A stretch of DNA of 64,000 nucleotides from Microcystaceae cyanobacterium (GTDB lineage: Bacteria > Cyanobacteriota > Cyanobacteriia > Cyanobacteriales > Microcystaceae), in NCBI GenBank assembly GCA_041746575.1, contig JBGTGT010000028.1:1-64000 (forward strand). Reading direction: 5' to 3'. The notes below the pieces were generated by a model. That model did not search any database, was not told the DNA's origin, and was given only the letters and a program-made list of their open reading frames with translations. Made by a program: the position numbers and the translations under genes. Positions 20,245-29,416 of this stretch are shown piece by piece; the stretch's first letter is position 1; each line of letters begins with the position of its first letter.

Positions 20245-21681
20245 TTAATTTGAAGATTTGACCAATTGATAACGTCGTTTAAATTCTCTTTGTTGTTGAT
20301 TATGATTAACAATTGGTTGAGGATATTGACAGCGAAGACAGTCTAACTCAGGAATTTTTCCAGTGACTAAATATTCCGTTTCAATCGATGACAATTCAGG
20401 TAACCATTGACGAATATATTCCGCTTCTGGATCAAATTTTTGCGCTTGACTGGCAGGATTAAAGATTCTTAAAGGTTTAGGATCCATGCCACTAGAAGCA
20501 CTCCATTGCCATCCTCCATTGTTAGAAGATAAGTCGCCGTCGATTAATTTTTGCATAAAATATTTTTCACCCCATTGCCAATTAATAATCAAATCTTTAG
20601 TCAAAAAGCTTGCCACAATCATGCGACAACGGTTGTGCATCCATCCAATTTCGTTCAACTGTCTCATCGCGGCATCTACGATTGGGTATCCCGTTTTTCC
20701 TTGGCACCATGCTTGAAAATCATCTTCATTATTTTCCCAAGGGAAATCGTGGAATTCTTCTCGATAGGCTCCTTCTGCTAATTCAGGAAAAAAAGATAAA
20801 CAATGTTGATAAAATTCTCGCCACGCTAACTCTTGTTGCCAAGTTTCAATGCTTTTTTTTCCTTCATCACTGCGACTCTCTTTTTTCGCTTCTACTGTCG
20901 CTTGCCAGAGGGTTCTAATGCCGATTGTACCGAATTTTAGGGCGGCACTCAGTTGAGAAGTTCCATCAATAAATGGGATATTACGTTGTTCTTGATAGTC
21001 ATTAATGGCCGATTCTAAGAAATAATCTAAACGAGCTTGAGCAGACTGTTCTCCTGCTTCTAAAATAAGAGGATTATCCCAATTAAAACCAAGCTCAGCC
21101 AGTGTCGGTAATTTAATTGGGTTACAGGTTGTGATGGCATCTTGTTCTGCGTCTGTTAAAGGTTCTAATTTTTTTAAAGAAGTCCCTATTTTTGCTTTGG
21201 GTTGTTGACTCCAATTTTTCCAAAAAGGTGTATAAACTTTATAGGGTTCATCGGAGGTTTTGGTGAGAATATCCCCCGGTGCATGAAGTAATTGATCCCA
21301 AAAGGTTTGAGTGTCAATACCCTTTTCTTTTAAGCTTTCCTGAACCTGTTTATCCCGTTCTTTGGCATAGGGTTCGACGTCTAAGTTCCACATTACGGTA
21401 GTTGCCTTGATCTTTTCTGCTAAAGTCGGAATCATTTGACTCGGTTGACCTTGTAGAAAGAATAAATCGCTCCCTAGTTTTTGATAGCTTTCTTTTAAGA
21501 ATTTGAGTGATCCTAGTAAATAACTAACCCTTGCCGGAGCAATATCATCCCTTGTTAAAATTGCTGGATCAAAACAAAAAATACCAATAATTTTCTGGCT
21601 TTTACGATAGGCATTTGCTAACCCAATATTATCGATTACTCGCAAATCTCGCCGATGCCAAAATAAAATTAAATTACTCAT
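20245..21681 (-). CDS. phrB: Deoxyribodipyrimidine (CPD class I) photolyase
   Basis: [43 protein letters not shown]; likely ATG at 21681. Confidence 0.95.
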   Translation of the reverse strand: MSNLILFWHRRDLRVIDNIGLANAYRKSQKIIGIFCFDPAILTRDDIAPARVSYLLGSLKFLKESYQKLGSDLFFLQGQPSQMIPTLAEKIKATTVMWNLDVEPYAKERDKQVQESLKEKGIDTQTFWDQLLHAPGDILTKTSDEPYKVYTPFWKNWSQQPKAKIGTSLKKLEPLTDAEQDAITTCNPIKLPTLAELGFNWDNPLILEAGEQSAQARLDYFLESAINDYQEQRNIPFIDGTSQLSAALKFGTIGIRTLWQATVEAKKESRSDEGKKSIETWQQELAWREFYQHCLSFFPELAEGAYREEFHDFPWENNEDDFQAWCQGKTGYPIVDAAMRQLNEIGWMHNRCRMIVASFLTKDLIINWQWGEKYFMQKLIDGDLSSNNGGWQWSASSGMDPKPLRIFNPASQAQKFDPEAEYIRQWLPELSSIETEYLVTGKIPELDCLRCQYPQPIVNHNQQQREFKRRYQLVKSSN

Positions 21682-21787
21682 TTTTAAGTCCTTTTTGGTA
21701 GATAGATTACAGTAAATCAACAATTGATAAATAAGGTAAAATCTCTTAAGTCTTTTCGGGTGTTTTTTGCTTTTTTACATCAGCAAT

Positions 21788-22342
21788 TTATGGATTATTT
21801 AACCAGAGCTTAGCCATAAAATAACTGGTAATGGATTTGGCATCAATTGCCTCACCGTCCATAATGGCTTGCTCAAATTCTGCGAAACTCATTAAAATAA
21901 CCTCAATATCTTCGTCCTCGTCTTGTTGAGGGGGATTTTCTAACTTTTCTAAGTCTTGTGCCACAAACGCATAAATATATTCATCTGAATATCCGGGAGC
22001 TAAAGGAAATTTGCCTAAATTGTGCCATTGGTTACCTCTATAACCCGTTTCTTCTTCTAATTCTCGCTTAATCGTTACAGCAGGCTCTTCTGTTATCTCA
22101 ACCGTCCCTGCAGGAAATTCTAACAAACGACCTTCCACCGCAAAGCGATATTGACGCACTAAAACCAGTTTACCCTCTGGTGTAATCGGAACAGCTAATG
22201 CGCCCCCCGGATGACGAATACACTCCCAGTTACCCGTTGCTCCATTGGGAAGACGTAGGGTGTTGACATCAAAGTTGAATTTGCGTCCTTTATAAAAAAG
22301 ACGATGCTCTAAAATTTGAGGCGGTTCTTGACGTGAGGACAT
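21788..22342 (-). CDS. NUDIX hydrolase (ADP-ribose pyrophosphatase-like)
   Basis: LEFPAG...KRELEEETG Nudix box. Confidence 0.92.
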   Translation of the reverse strand: MSSRQEPPQILEHRLFYKGRKFNFDVNTLRLPNGATGNWECIRHPGGALAVPITPEGKLVLVRQYRFAVEGRLLEFPAGTVEITEEPAVTIKRELEEETGYRGNQWHNLGKFPLAPGYSDEYIYAFVAQDLEKLENPPQQDEDEDIEVILMSFAEFEQAIMDGEAIDAKSITSYFMAKLWLNNP

Positions 22343-22556
22343 TTTATGAGAGTTTATAGCTTAATAGTGTTTGGGAAGCTTCAGCTTTCAGTAATTATTC
22401 TAGCGCATTGCATTATTGGCTGAAACCATCCCTTTGAGACAAAATTAATGAAAAAATGACGGTGTTTTTGCTTGAATCCTCCACCCTTCTCTTCTTACTT
22501 TTTGGATTGACTTAAGCTTCTTTTTAAGACTGTAGTACAAAGAACAGAAAATTGAC

Positions 22557-22778
22557 TTAATCGGGGAGATAGTCAGCATTTAATACTTTCTGTAGAATCG
22601 TGAAAGGACAATCTTTAGGAAAAGTATCTATTACTAATCCCGCCTCATCTTCCGCTAACTCTCTAGCCGCTTAATAGCATTGATTAAATATTGTCAGAAA
22701 GTAAGATTTTAAACTAGGACTGTTATTAAAACTATTTCTAATTCTTTTCTGATGTTCAACCATAGAGTTTTTCTAGCT
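22557..22778 (-). pseudogene. DUF29-family gene remnant
   Basis: One frame reads S*KNSMVEHQKRIRNSFNNSPSLKSYFLTIFNQCY*AARELAEDEAGLVIDTFPKDCPFTILQKVLNADYLPD*, a DUF29-like C-terminal half with two internal stops. Confidence 0.75.
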
Positions 22779-22831
22779 ATAAAAAGGACAATATAACCCT
22801 CAACAAGATTTAAGGAAGCGATATAACTGCC

Positions 22832-25153
22832 CTAATTAGCGCAAGCCGTACAGCCGCTACTCTCTTTAAAGTTATCCTTTTGCACAGTACGAATATAATA
22901 AATCGCCTTACACCCTTCGCGCCACGATAACATCAAGGTTTCAAAGATATCCTTTGCATTTAGGCATCTTTCCGGTTCATCGGGGAAGTAAACGCCTTCA
23001 TTTAAATTGAAGAGCAATTCCATTGAAATCCCTGTATCAATCCAGTTTTGCATTGCCGCGACCGCGTCAACTACCGTATTTTGATCCATGTTCTTATTCT
23101 CCCGATAAAACCAGTAGCTGTCCTGTACAAAGGGCGGTGCAATGGGGACAGTCCCTTTTGCCCATTTATCATAGAAGAAGCGGCTATAAGTGGGTAGAAT
23201 ACTGGCAGTACAACCCTGTACTAAGGATGAGGAGGTATTGGGGGCGATCGCCGTAATATGAGAGTTGCGAATGCCGTAATGCTGAATATCCTCTGAGAGC
23301 TTTTGCCAACGCTCTACCTCATAAGCAAACTGTTCATACCACTGCACGGGTTTTGAACCAATTAAGTTGCCTTTACTCCACTCACTGCCGGTAAAGGCAG
23401 GATACGCCCCTCTTTCCTTGGCGAGTTCCATTGAGGTGTGGGTACACCAGTAACCGATGTCTTCAAATAGGATGTTAATGGCGGCTAAGTCAGCATAATT
23501 TAGCCGGCGCAGGGCAAGATAATCAGCAAGTCCCATGACACCCACCCCAATCGTACGATAACGGTTGTTATGGGCTTGGGCATCCTCAAAAGGGGGATGA
23601 GTGATGGCAATCGTATTATCGAGAATTCTGACGGCAATTTGCGCAACTTCTGGGATTTCTGAGCGGTCTAAGTTCGCTAAATTCAGGGAAACGAGATTAC
23701 AGCAATGGGCGTAGGTATTGGGTGTAACATTACTGAAGCTCTCCGTGCATAAATTGACTTGGGGGATATACCCATCATGTTGATTGGGATTGGCTCGGTT
23801 GATGGTGTCTTTAAACGCGAGATAGGGCATCCCTGTTTCAACCTGCGCCCGCATAATCGTCTTGAATAGGTCACGGGCGTTTATTTGCTGGTAAAGGGTG
23901 ATTTTTTGACCAATTTCTGTTTCAATTTGTTGATAAGCTTCTTCAAACTTAGTCCCCCATAAAGAAGCGAGATCGATGCCTAGTTTTTGTTGCACTTCGT
24001 AGGGATCCACTAGTGTCCACATCTCTTTATTCTGCACCCTACGCATGAATTCATCGGTTAGAATCAGTTGAGGAAAAATATCATAAGCTTTACGTCGTTG
24101 GTCGCCGTTTTCTGTTTGCATTTCTAAGAATTCGGGGACATCCAAGTGCCAAATATCTAAGCCAATAGTGACAGCCCCCGCTCTTTTGCCCCCTTGATTG
24201 ACGGCGATCGCAGTGTCATTGAGCAACTTAATCCAAGGAATCACCCCACCGGAGGCGTTGGTTTTTTGCATCACCCAGCTACCGGTTGCGCGAATGCGAC
24301 TGACATTGACGCCAACGCCACCCCCATTCTTAGAAATCCGTGCGGTGTTGCTGATTTCCCTAAAAATGCTCTCTAAATTGTCATCCATCGCCACGATAAA
24401 GCAGGAGGTTAAAGAGCCGTTGGGGACTCTTAAGTTGGCTAGGATGGGGGTGGCAAGGGATATCTGACGTTGGGCGATCGCATTGTAGAATTTTCTGGCC
24501 ACTTTGAGACGATTTTCGGGTTCTTCGGGTAACGCCAGCAACAAGGCGCAGGTTAAAAAAGCTTCTTGAGGTAATTCATCTTTGAGTAGGTAACGACTGG
24601 TGAGTAACACAGCCCCTGCATAGTCGTAATCGGTATCCCAGTCAGGGTTAATCCAAGTTCCGGCTTCTGTGAGTTCCGCCTTATTGTAGGCTAGTAGGCG
24701 TTCGTCATACTGCAAGCACTCGATTTTCTGCTGTACCATTTCACTGTAGTTTCCGTACTGGTATCCCCGTGAAACGAGTGTGTCTTTCCATAAGCTCCAG
24801 ATATGAAGTCTTCCTGAAACATAACGCCAGTCGGGTTCTTCTAAGCTACACATTTCTAATGCACAGTTAATTAAGTTGTCCTGAATCTCTCGGGTGGTGA
24901 TTCCGTCGCGCAAGCGGGTGGTTAGCCCTGCTTCTAAGGCGATTCCATTCACCTGATACCCTTGGCATGCCCAACTGACCACATCCCTAATTTTACTAAT
25001 GTTCAAGCCTGTTTTTGAGCCATCGCGCCGAATGACTTCAATTTTATGGTGTTGCATAACCGAGTAGGGGTGACTTCCTTCGAGCATGACGGTAGAGCTT
25101 GAGGAAGGGTTGCTATAGGGCGTCAGTAAAGAGGTCGAAAGGGTGGGTTGCAT
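22832..25153 (-). CDS. nrdA: Ribonucleoside-diphosphate reductase class Ia alpha subunit with ATP cone
   Basis: ATP cone (VIRRDG), LTSCF, NLCTE, APNTSSS, IYYIR, C-terminal CTAC. Confidence 0.93.
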   Translation of the reverse strand: MQPTLSTSLLTPYSNPSSSSTVMLEGSHPYSVMQHHKIEVIRRDGSKTGLNISKIRDVVSWACQGYQVNGIALEAGLTTRLRDGITTREIQDNLINCALEMCSLEEPDWRYVSGRLHIWSLWKDTLVSRGYQYGNYSEMVQQKIECLQYDERLLAYNKAELTEAGTWINPDWDTDYDYAGAVLLTSRYLLKDELPQEAFLTCALLLALPEEPENRLKVARKFYNAIAQRQISLATPILANLRVPNGSLTSCFIVAMDDNLESIFREISNTARISKNGGGVGVNVSRIRATGSWVMQKTNASGGVIPWIKLLNDTAIAVNQGGKRAGAVTIGLDIWHLDVPEFLEMQTENGDQRRKAYDIFPQLILTDEFMRRVQNKEMWTLVDPYEVQQKLGIDLASLWGTKFEEAYQQIETEIGQKITLYQQINARDLFKTIMRAQVETGMPYLAFKDTINRANPNQHDGYIPQVNLCTESFSNVTPNTYAHCCNLVSLNLANLDRSEIPEVAQIAVRILDNTIAITHPPFEDAQAHNNRYRTIGVGVMGLADYLALRRLNYADLAAINILFEDIGYWCTHTSMELAKERGAYPAFTGSEWSKGNLIGSKPVQWYEQFAYEVERWQKLSEDIQHYGIRNSHITAIAPNTSSSLVQGCTASILPTYSRFFYDKWAKGTVPIAPPFVQDSYWFYRENKNMDQNTVVDAVAAMQNWIDTGISMELLFNLNEGVYFPDEPERCLNAKDIFETLMLSWREGCKAIYYIRTVQKDNFKESSGCTACAN

Positions 25154-25186
25154 AGGTCACTTTTTAAGCTTTCCACTTTAGGTTAT

Positions 25187-25234
25187 ACCACAGATATGGG
25201 GGCTAGGTGAAAAATTTAACGCCATATCTAGATT
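25187..25234. promoter_or_regulatory. Tandem NrdR boxes upstream of nrdA
   Basis: ACCACAGATATGGGGG (25187) and ACGCCATATCTAGATT (25219), 32 bp apart; partial matches to the acaCwAtATaTwGtgt consensus. Confidence 0.6.
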
Positions 25235-25416
25235 ATTGAGCAGTATTTTAGTTCTTATTCAAGGAGAAGGGTTCAACCCCTATCTTTTGAAAAGAAAGGG
25301 GATACAATTAGAATAAAATAGCATTTCCATCGGATGTGTTATCTTTAAACCTCAGTAGCGGTGGTTTGAGACACTCAGCTTGATGTCCAGCAATTAGATT
25401 AGAGCCTTTAATATAT

Positions 25417-27078
25417 ATGACCCATCTTCCTCCGACGACGCAACGCCGACTTCAACAACTGCCTCAAATTCCCAGTGTTTGGGAAGGAGATCGTCGTCCC
25501 ATTGCCCATACCCAGTATTCAGGGGAAGAAACCGACACTCACGAGGGAGAATGTATTATTTGGGTGGATGGTTCAGAAGGGTTAGTCCGCTCAATGGATA
25601 TTGTTTCCCCAGAAACGGGCATGGAAGCCGTTGTGCGCACCCTTATTCGGGCGATGGAAACCCCTCACAGTCCGGGGCAACCGGGTCGTCCTCAGAAGAT
25701 TGTCGTGCGAAATCGAGAAATCCAGTTTTTTTTGCGAGGGGCGTTGCAAAATTTAGAAATTGCCATTGATTATGTACCAGAATTGCCGATTATAGACGAG
25801 TTATTCCGCAGTTTTCAAGCTGTTAATCAATCCCGTCCCCCTGCCCTTCCTTCAGTCTGTGCGCCATTATTGAACAAATTGGCGACTCATCTTTGGAATC
25901 TTGCCCCTTGGGATGAGTTAGCCGATTATGACATCATTGCGATTTGTCTCAATCACAAAGGAGTCAACACCCTTTATGCTTGTGTGATGGGCATGATGGA
26001 TCAAGAATATGGGATTATTTTTTATCGGTCGTTGGAGTCTCTAGAACAGTTTCGGACAGCCGCCTTAGCCCAAAAAGTTACAGAAGACCTTGAACAGGCG
26101 TTTTTGAGCCAAGATTGTTGGTTTTTAAACTATGAAGCCCCAGACGGATTAGAAGATGAGTTAGAAAGCCTGAGGGAGTTATCGGAAGAAGAAGTTCAAA
26201 TTGTATTTGGTAGTATTCATCCTTATGAAGGAATTCGCCCCTTTATTGACGAAGAAGAAGGAAAAACCCTCTGCTATGCCTTAGATGGGTTCTTAAAGTT
26301 TGTGGAAGATCACCAAGAGGCTTTAGGCGAAGATCCCGTTGATGAGATCGCAGAAAGCTATCATCTTCGACATTTTCCCGATTTTCATACCAGTCCCACC
26401 TTAAAAGTAGATGTTTCCACCTTACCTGATCTGGCAAGCCGCTTATTGGATATGATGGATATGGCAGAAGACAGTTCCCTGACGGATTTTGAGCGTCTTA
26501 AACTGCCGATTCGCGATGATTTGATTCCAGAGAACGCTTTTTTAAGCTTAGGGATGATGCCATGGGAGGTGATGCAGGATTTACAAAAAAGTCGCAAAAC
26601 CTATTATCAATCTTTAGGCGTTTTAGCAGAGCAACCGAATAACAGTAAGAAGACGAGCCTAAACGAAGGAATGCCCGTTATTTTGGTACAAACCTCCCGT
26701 CCCAAGGCAAAAAAACTGATTGATACCCTAATCTCTGCCGGAGGGGTTAAAGGAATTTGCTTCAATCCAGGTCAAGATCCCTTATCAGAAATTGACTATG
26801 ATTTAGGCATTTTACAGGTCGAAAAAGGCGATTTATTTATTTTTGGCGAATTTATGAAGGAAGATCCCAAGCATATTGAAGCACGCCGCAAATGGGATCA
26901 CCGTTGTCAAGCGACAAAAGGATTTTGTGCCTTAATTATTGCCATGGGTGTAACGGGGAATTCTCGCGGAAATCCCAGATTAGCGGATATGTTAGCGGTT
27001 TTTGAAGCAGAAGCCTTGGATATGAAAGGGTTAGCGATTGGTGTTTTGCAACTGATGCCCACTCAAACCAGTGATTAG
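25417..27078 (+). CDS. Conserved cyanobacterial hypothetical protein (DUF6930-like)
   Basis: 553-aa intact ORF; family recalled only tentatively. Confidence 0.7.
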   Translation: MTHLPPTTQRRLQQLPQIPSVWEGDRRPIAHTQYSGEETDTHEGECIIWVDGSEGLVRSMDIVSPETGMEAVVRTLIRAMETPHSPGQPGRPQKIVVRNREIQFFLRGALQNLEIAIDYVPELPIIDELFRSFQAVNQSRPPALPSVCAPLLNKLATHLWNLAPWDELADYDIIAICLNHKGVNTLYACVMGMMDQEYGIIFYRSLESLEQFRTAALAQKVTEDLEQAFLSQDCWFLNYEAPDGLEDELESLRELSEEEVQIVFGSIHPYEGIRPFIDEEEGKTLCYALDGFLKFVEDHQEALGEDPVDEIAESYHLRHFPDFHTSPTLKVDVSTLPDLASRLLDMMDMAEDSSLTDFERLKLPIRDDLIPENAFLSLGMMPWEVMQDLQKSRKTYYQSLGVLAEQPNNSKKTSLNEGMPVILVQTSRPKAKKLIDTLISAGGVKGICFNPGQDPLSEIDYDLGILQVEKGDLFIFGEFMKEDPKHIEARRKWDHRCQATKGFCALIIAMGVTGNSRGNPRLADMLAVFEAEALDMKGLAIGVLQLMPTQTSD

Positions 27079-27144
27079 TTAATAGAAATCAGCAAGGGGT
27101 ATGAAGATTAATTTTAAGCGTTTTTGGTTCCATTATCTATTAAG

Positions 27145-27180
27145 TAGGATAAATCTGACTCCGTCTCTGAATTTATCCTA
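27145..27180. terminator. Hairpin between convergent genes
   Basis: TAGGATAAAT...ATTTATCCTA perfect 10-bp inverted repeat. Confidence 0.45.
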
Positions 27181-27209
27181 AAAACCCTTAAATTTGCCTA
27201 ATCCTGCTC

Positions 27210-27932
27210 TCAGGTATGATGGGCGCCGTTCACCCGTAAAACTTCCCCTGTAACATAACTACTCGCCACGGGAGACAATAAAAACGCCACAGCCCAAGCA
27301 ATTTCTTCTGGCTTACCAAAGCGACGAAAGGGAATTTCTGCCGTAATTTTGTCTCGTACTTTTTCAGGAATTGCTAACGTCATTTCGGTGTCAATAAACC
27401 CCGGCGCAACCGCATTGGCACGCACATTATAACGCGCCCCTTCCCGCGCTAAAGATTTCATCATCCCAATCACTCCTGCCTTGGTAGCAGAATAGTTGGT
27501 TTGTCCTAAGTTTCCCCGTTCTCCAGAAATGGAACTAATCGCTACCACTGAACCTGCTTGCTGTTCGTACATTCCTTCAATAAAAGGCTTAATACTATAG
27601 GCAACTCCTTTAAGGTTGACATTCAAGACCAAATCCCAATCTTGCGGCGTTAATTTAGCAAAAAAGTTATCCCGCGTAATGCCCGCATTAGCAACAACCC
27701 CATAAACCGTTCCCAATTTTTCGGTAATTTCTTTGGCCGCCGCTTCCATCGAGTCTAAACTCGTAACATCCGCTTGAACACCTAGAATCTCTTCGGAGGT
27801 ATTATCAACTTGAATATCTGTAAAGGCAACTTTTGCGCCTAATTCACTCAAAAAATTGACAACTGATGCGCCAATTCCTCGATTACCGCCCGTTACGACA
27901 ATAACTTTATCTTCTAGTCCTAAAGAAACCAT
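27210..27932 (-). CDS. phaB: Acetoacetyl-CoA reductase (SDR)
   Basis: TGGNRGIG, NAGITRD, YSATK; directly downstream of a thiolase; ATG 27932 behind AGGAG. Confidence 0.85.
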   Translation of the reverse strand: MVSLGLEDKVIVVTGGNRGIGASVVNFLSELGAKVAFTDIQVDNTSEEILGVQADVTSLDSMEAAAKEITEKLGTVYGVVANAGITRDNFFAKLTPQDWDLVLNVNLKGVAYSIKPFIEGMYEQQAGSVVAISSISGERGNLGQTNYSATKAGVIGMMKSLAREGARYNVRANAVAPGFIDTEMTLAIPEKVRDKITAEIPFRRFGKPEEIAWAVAFLLSPVASSYVTGEVLRVNGAHHT

Positions 27933-28001
27933 TTTTTCACTCCTGATAAACAATGAATTGTACTGGGTTAGAGCGCAAGTATAGGCACTCTTGATGCGAA
28001 A

Positions 28002-29192
28002 CTACACTCTTTCAATCGCTAACGCCGTTCCGCCTCCCGTTCCATGGCATAAAGTGGCCATTCCTAGGGTTTTATTCTGTTGTTTGAGAGCATTTAACAA
28101 AGTTACGACGATTCTTGCCCCTGATGCACCAATAGGATGACCCAGTGCGATCGCTCCGCCGTTAATATTGAGAACATCTGCTTCTACGCCCAACAGTTTA
28201 TTGAATAAGAGGTTACTGATGGCAAATGCCTCATTATTCTCAAATAAGTCAAAATCAGCGATTTCTTTATTTAATTTTGTCAGTAACTTTTTCGCCGCAT
28301 AGATAGGGACTTCTGGAAATCGCCAAGTTTGTCCTCCTGCCCAAGATCCACCAAGAATCTTTGCCATCGGAGATAAGCCATAGCGATCAACAGCTTCCTG
28401 ACTTGCAAGAATTAAAACGGCTGAACCGTCCGAAATTTGACTACTATTTCCTGCCGTTAGTACCCCCTCTTGACTGAAGGCGGGACGCAATTTCCCCAGA
28501 CTTTCTAAGGTAGTATCGCCTCGAATTCCCTCATCTGTATCAATAACTTGTGTTCCTTTACGGCTTGTAATCTCAATAGGCGCAATTTCATGCTTAAACA
28601 GTCCTTTTTCTGTAGCAGAAGCCGCGCGTTGTTGCGAGTGGCAAGCCACCTCATCCAATGCCTGACGCGTAAAGCCATGTTCGGTAGCCAGACGTTCGGT
28701 TTGATCTCCCATGCCTTCCCCTGTGGTAGCATCCTTTAAACCATCCTCAATCAATAAATCCGTCAAGGGTTCGGGCGCACCCATTAATAATTTATAACCC
28801 CAACGAGCGCGATGGGAGAGGAAAAACCCCGTTTGAGACATGGATTCTGTGCCGCCTGCTAAGACGAGATCCGCTTCTTCAGCACGAATAGCTAAGGTAG
28901 CGTTAACAATACTAAGCATGGCAGAAGAACAGACCATATCCACAGCGTAACCACCTACTGTTTCTGGAATTCCTGCTTTTAAAGCCGCTTGTTTCGGTAC
29001 TAATTGTCCTAATCCGCCTCGGAGGACATTGCCCATAATGTACAAGTCTAGGGATTCTCCTGAAAGGCCAGCTTGGGCTAAAGCGGCTTTCATCGCGTGT
29101 GCGCCTAAGTCTGCGGCAGATAGGCCGGATAAACCTCCTCCAAATCGCCCTAATGGGGTGCGAATAGCGGAAACAATATAAACGTCACGCAT
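28002..29192 (-). CDS. phaA: Acetyl-CoA acetyltransferase (beta-ketothiolase)
   Basis: MVCSS, NEAF, GHPIGASG, CHGTGGG thiolase motifs. Confidence 0.9.
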   Translation of the reverse strand: MRDVYIVSAIRTPLGRFGGGLSGLSAADLGAHAMKAALAQAGLSGESLDLYIMGNVLRGGLGQLVPKQAALKAGIPETVGGYAVDMVCSSAMLSIVNATLAIRAEEADLVLAGGTESMSQTGFFLSHRARWGYKLLMGAPEPLTDLLIEDGLKDATTGEGMGDQTERLATEHGFTRQALDEVACHSQQRAASATEKGLFKHEIAPIEITSRKGTQVIDTDEGIRGDTTLESLGKLRPAFSQEGVLTAGNSSQISDGSAVLILASQEAVDRYGLSPMAKILGGSWAGGQTWRFPEVPIYAAKKLLTKLNKEIADFDLFENNEAFAISNLLFNKLLGVEADVLNINGGAIALGHPIGASGARIVVTLLNALKQQNKTLGMATLCHGTGGGTALAIERV

Positions 29193-29416
29193 GGTTAATT
29201 TTCAGTTTTGATTTTGGATAAAGAGCATCCTGACGGGGATAAGCTGATTTGCCAATTAAACAGTTGTCTGTCTTTCTGACCGTCGTTTATCTCGCTTAAA
29301 TTATGCCTGTCAATTTTATTTATGCTCTAGAGTTTTGTTTTTTTTTAACAACTAACGTCAGTTGAAGCGAAAAATGTCGGGTGAGACAAAATAACAAAAA
29401 ACGAGGAACACATTAA

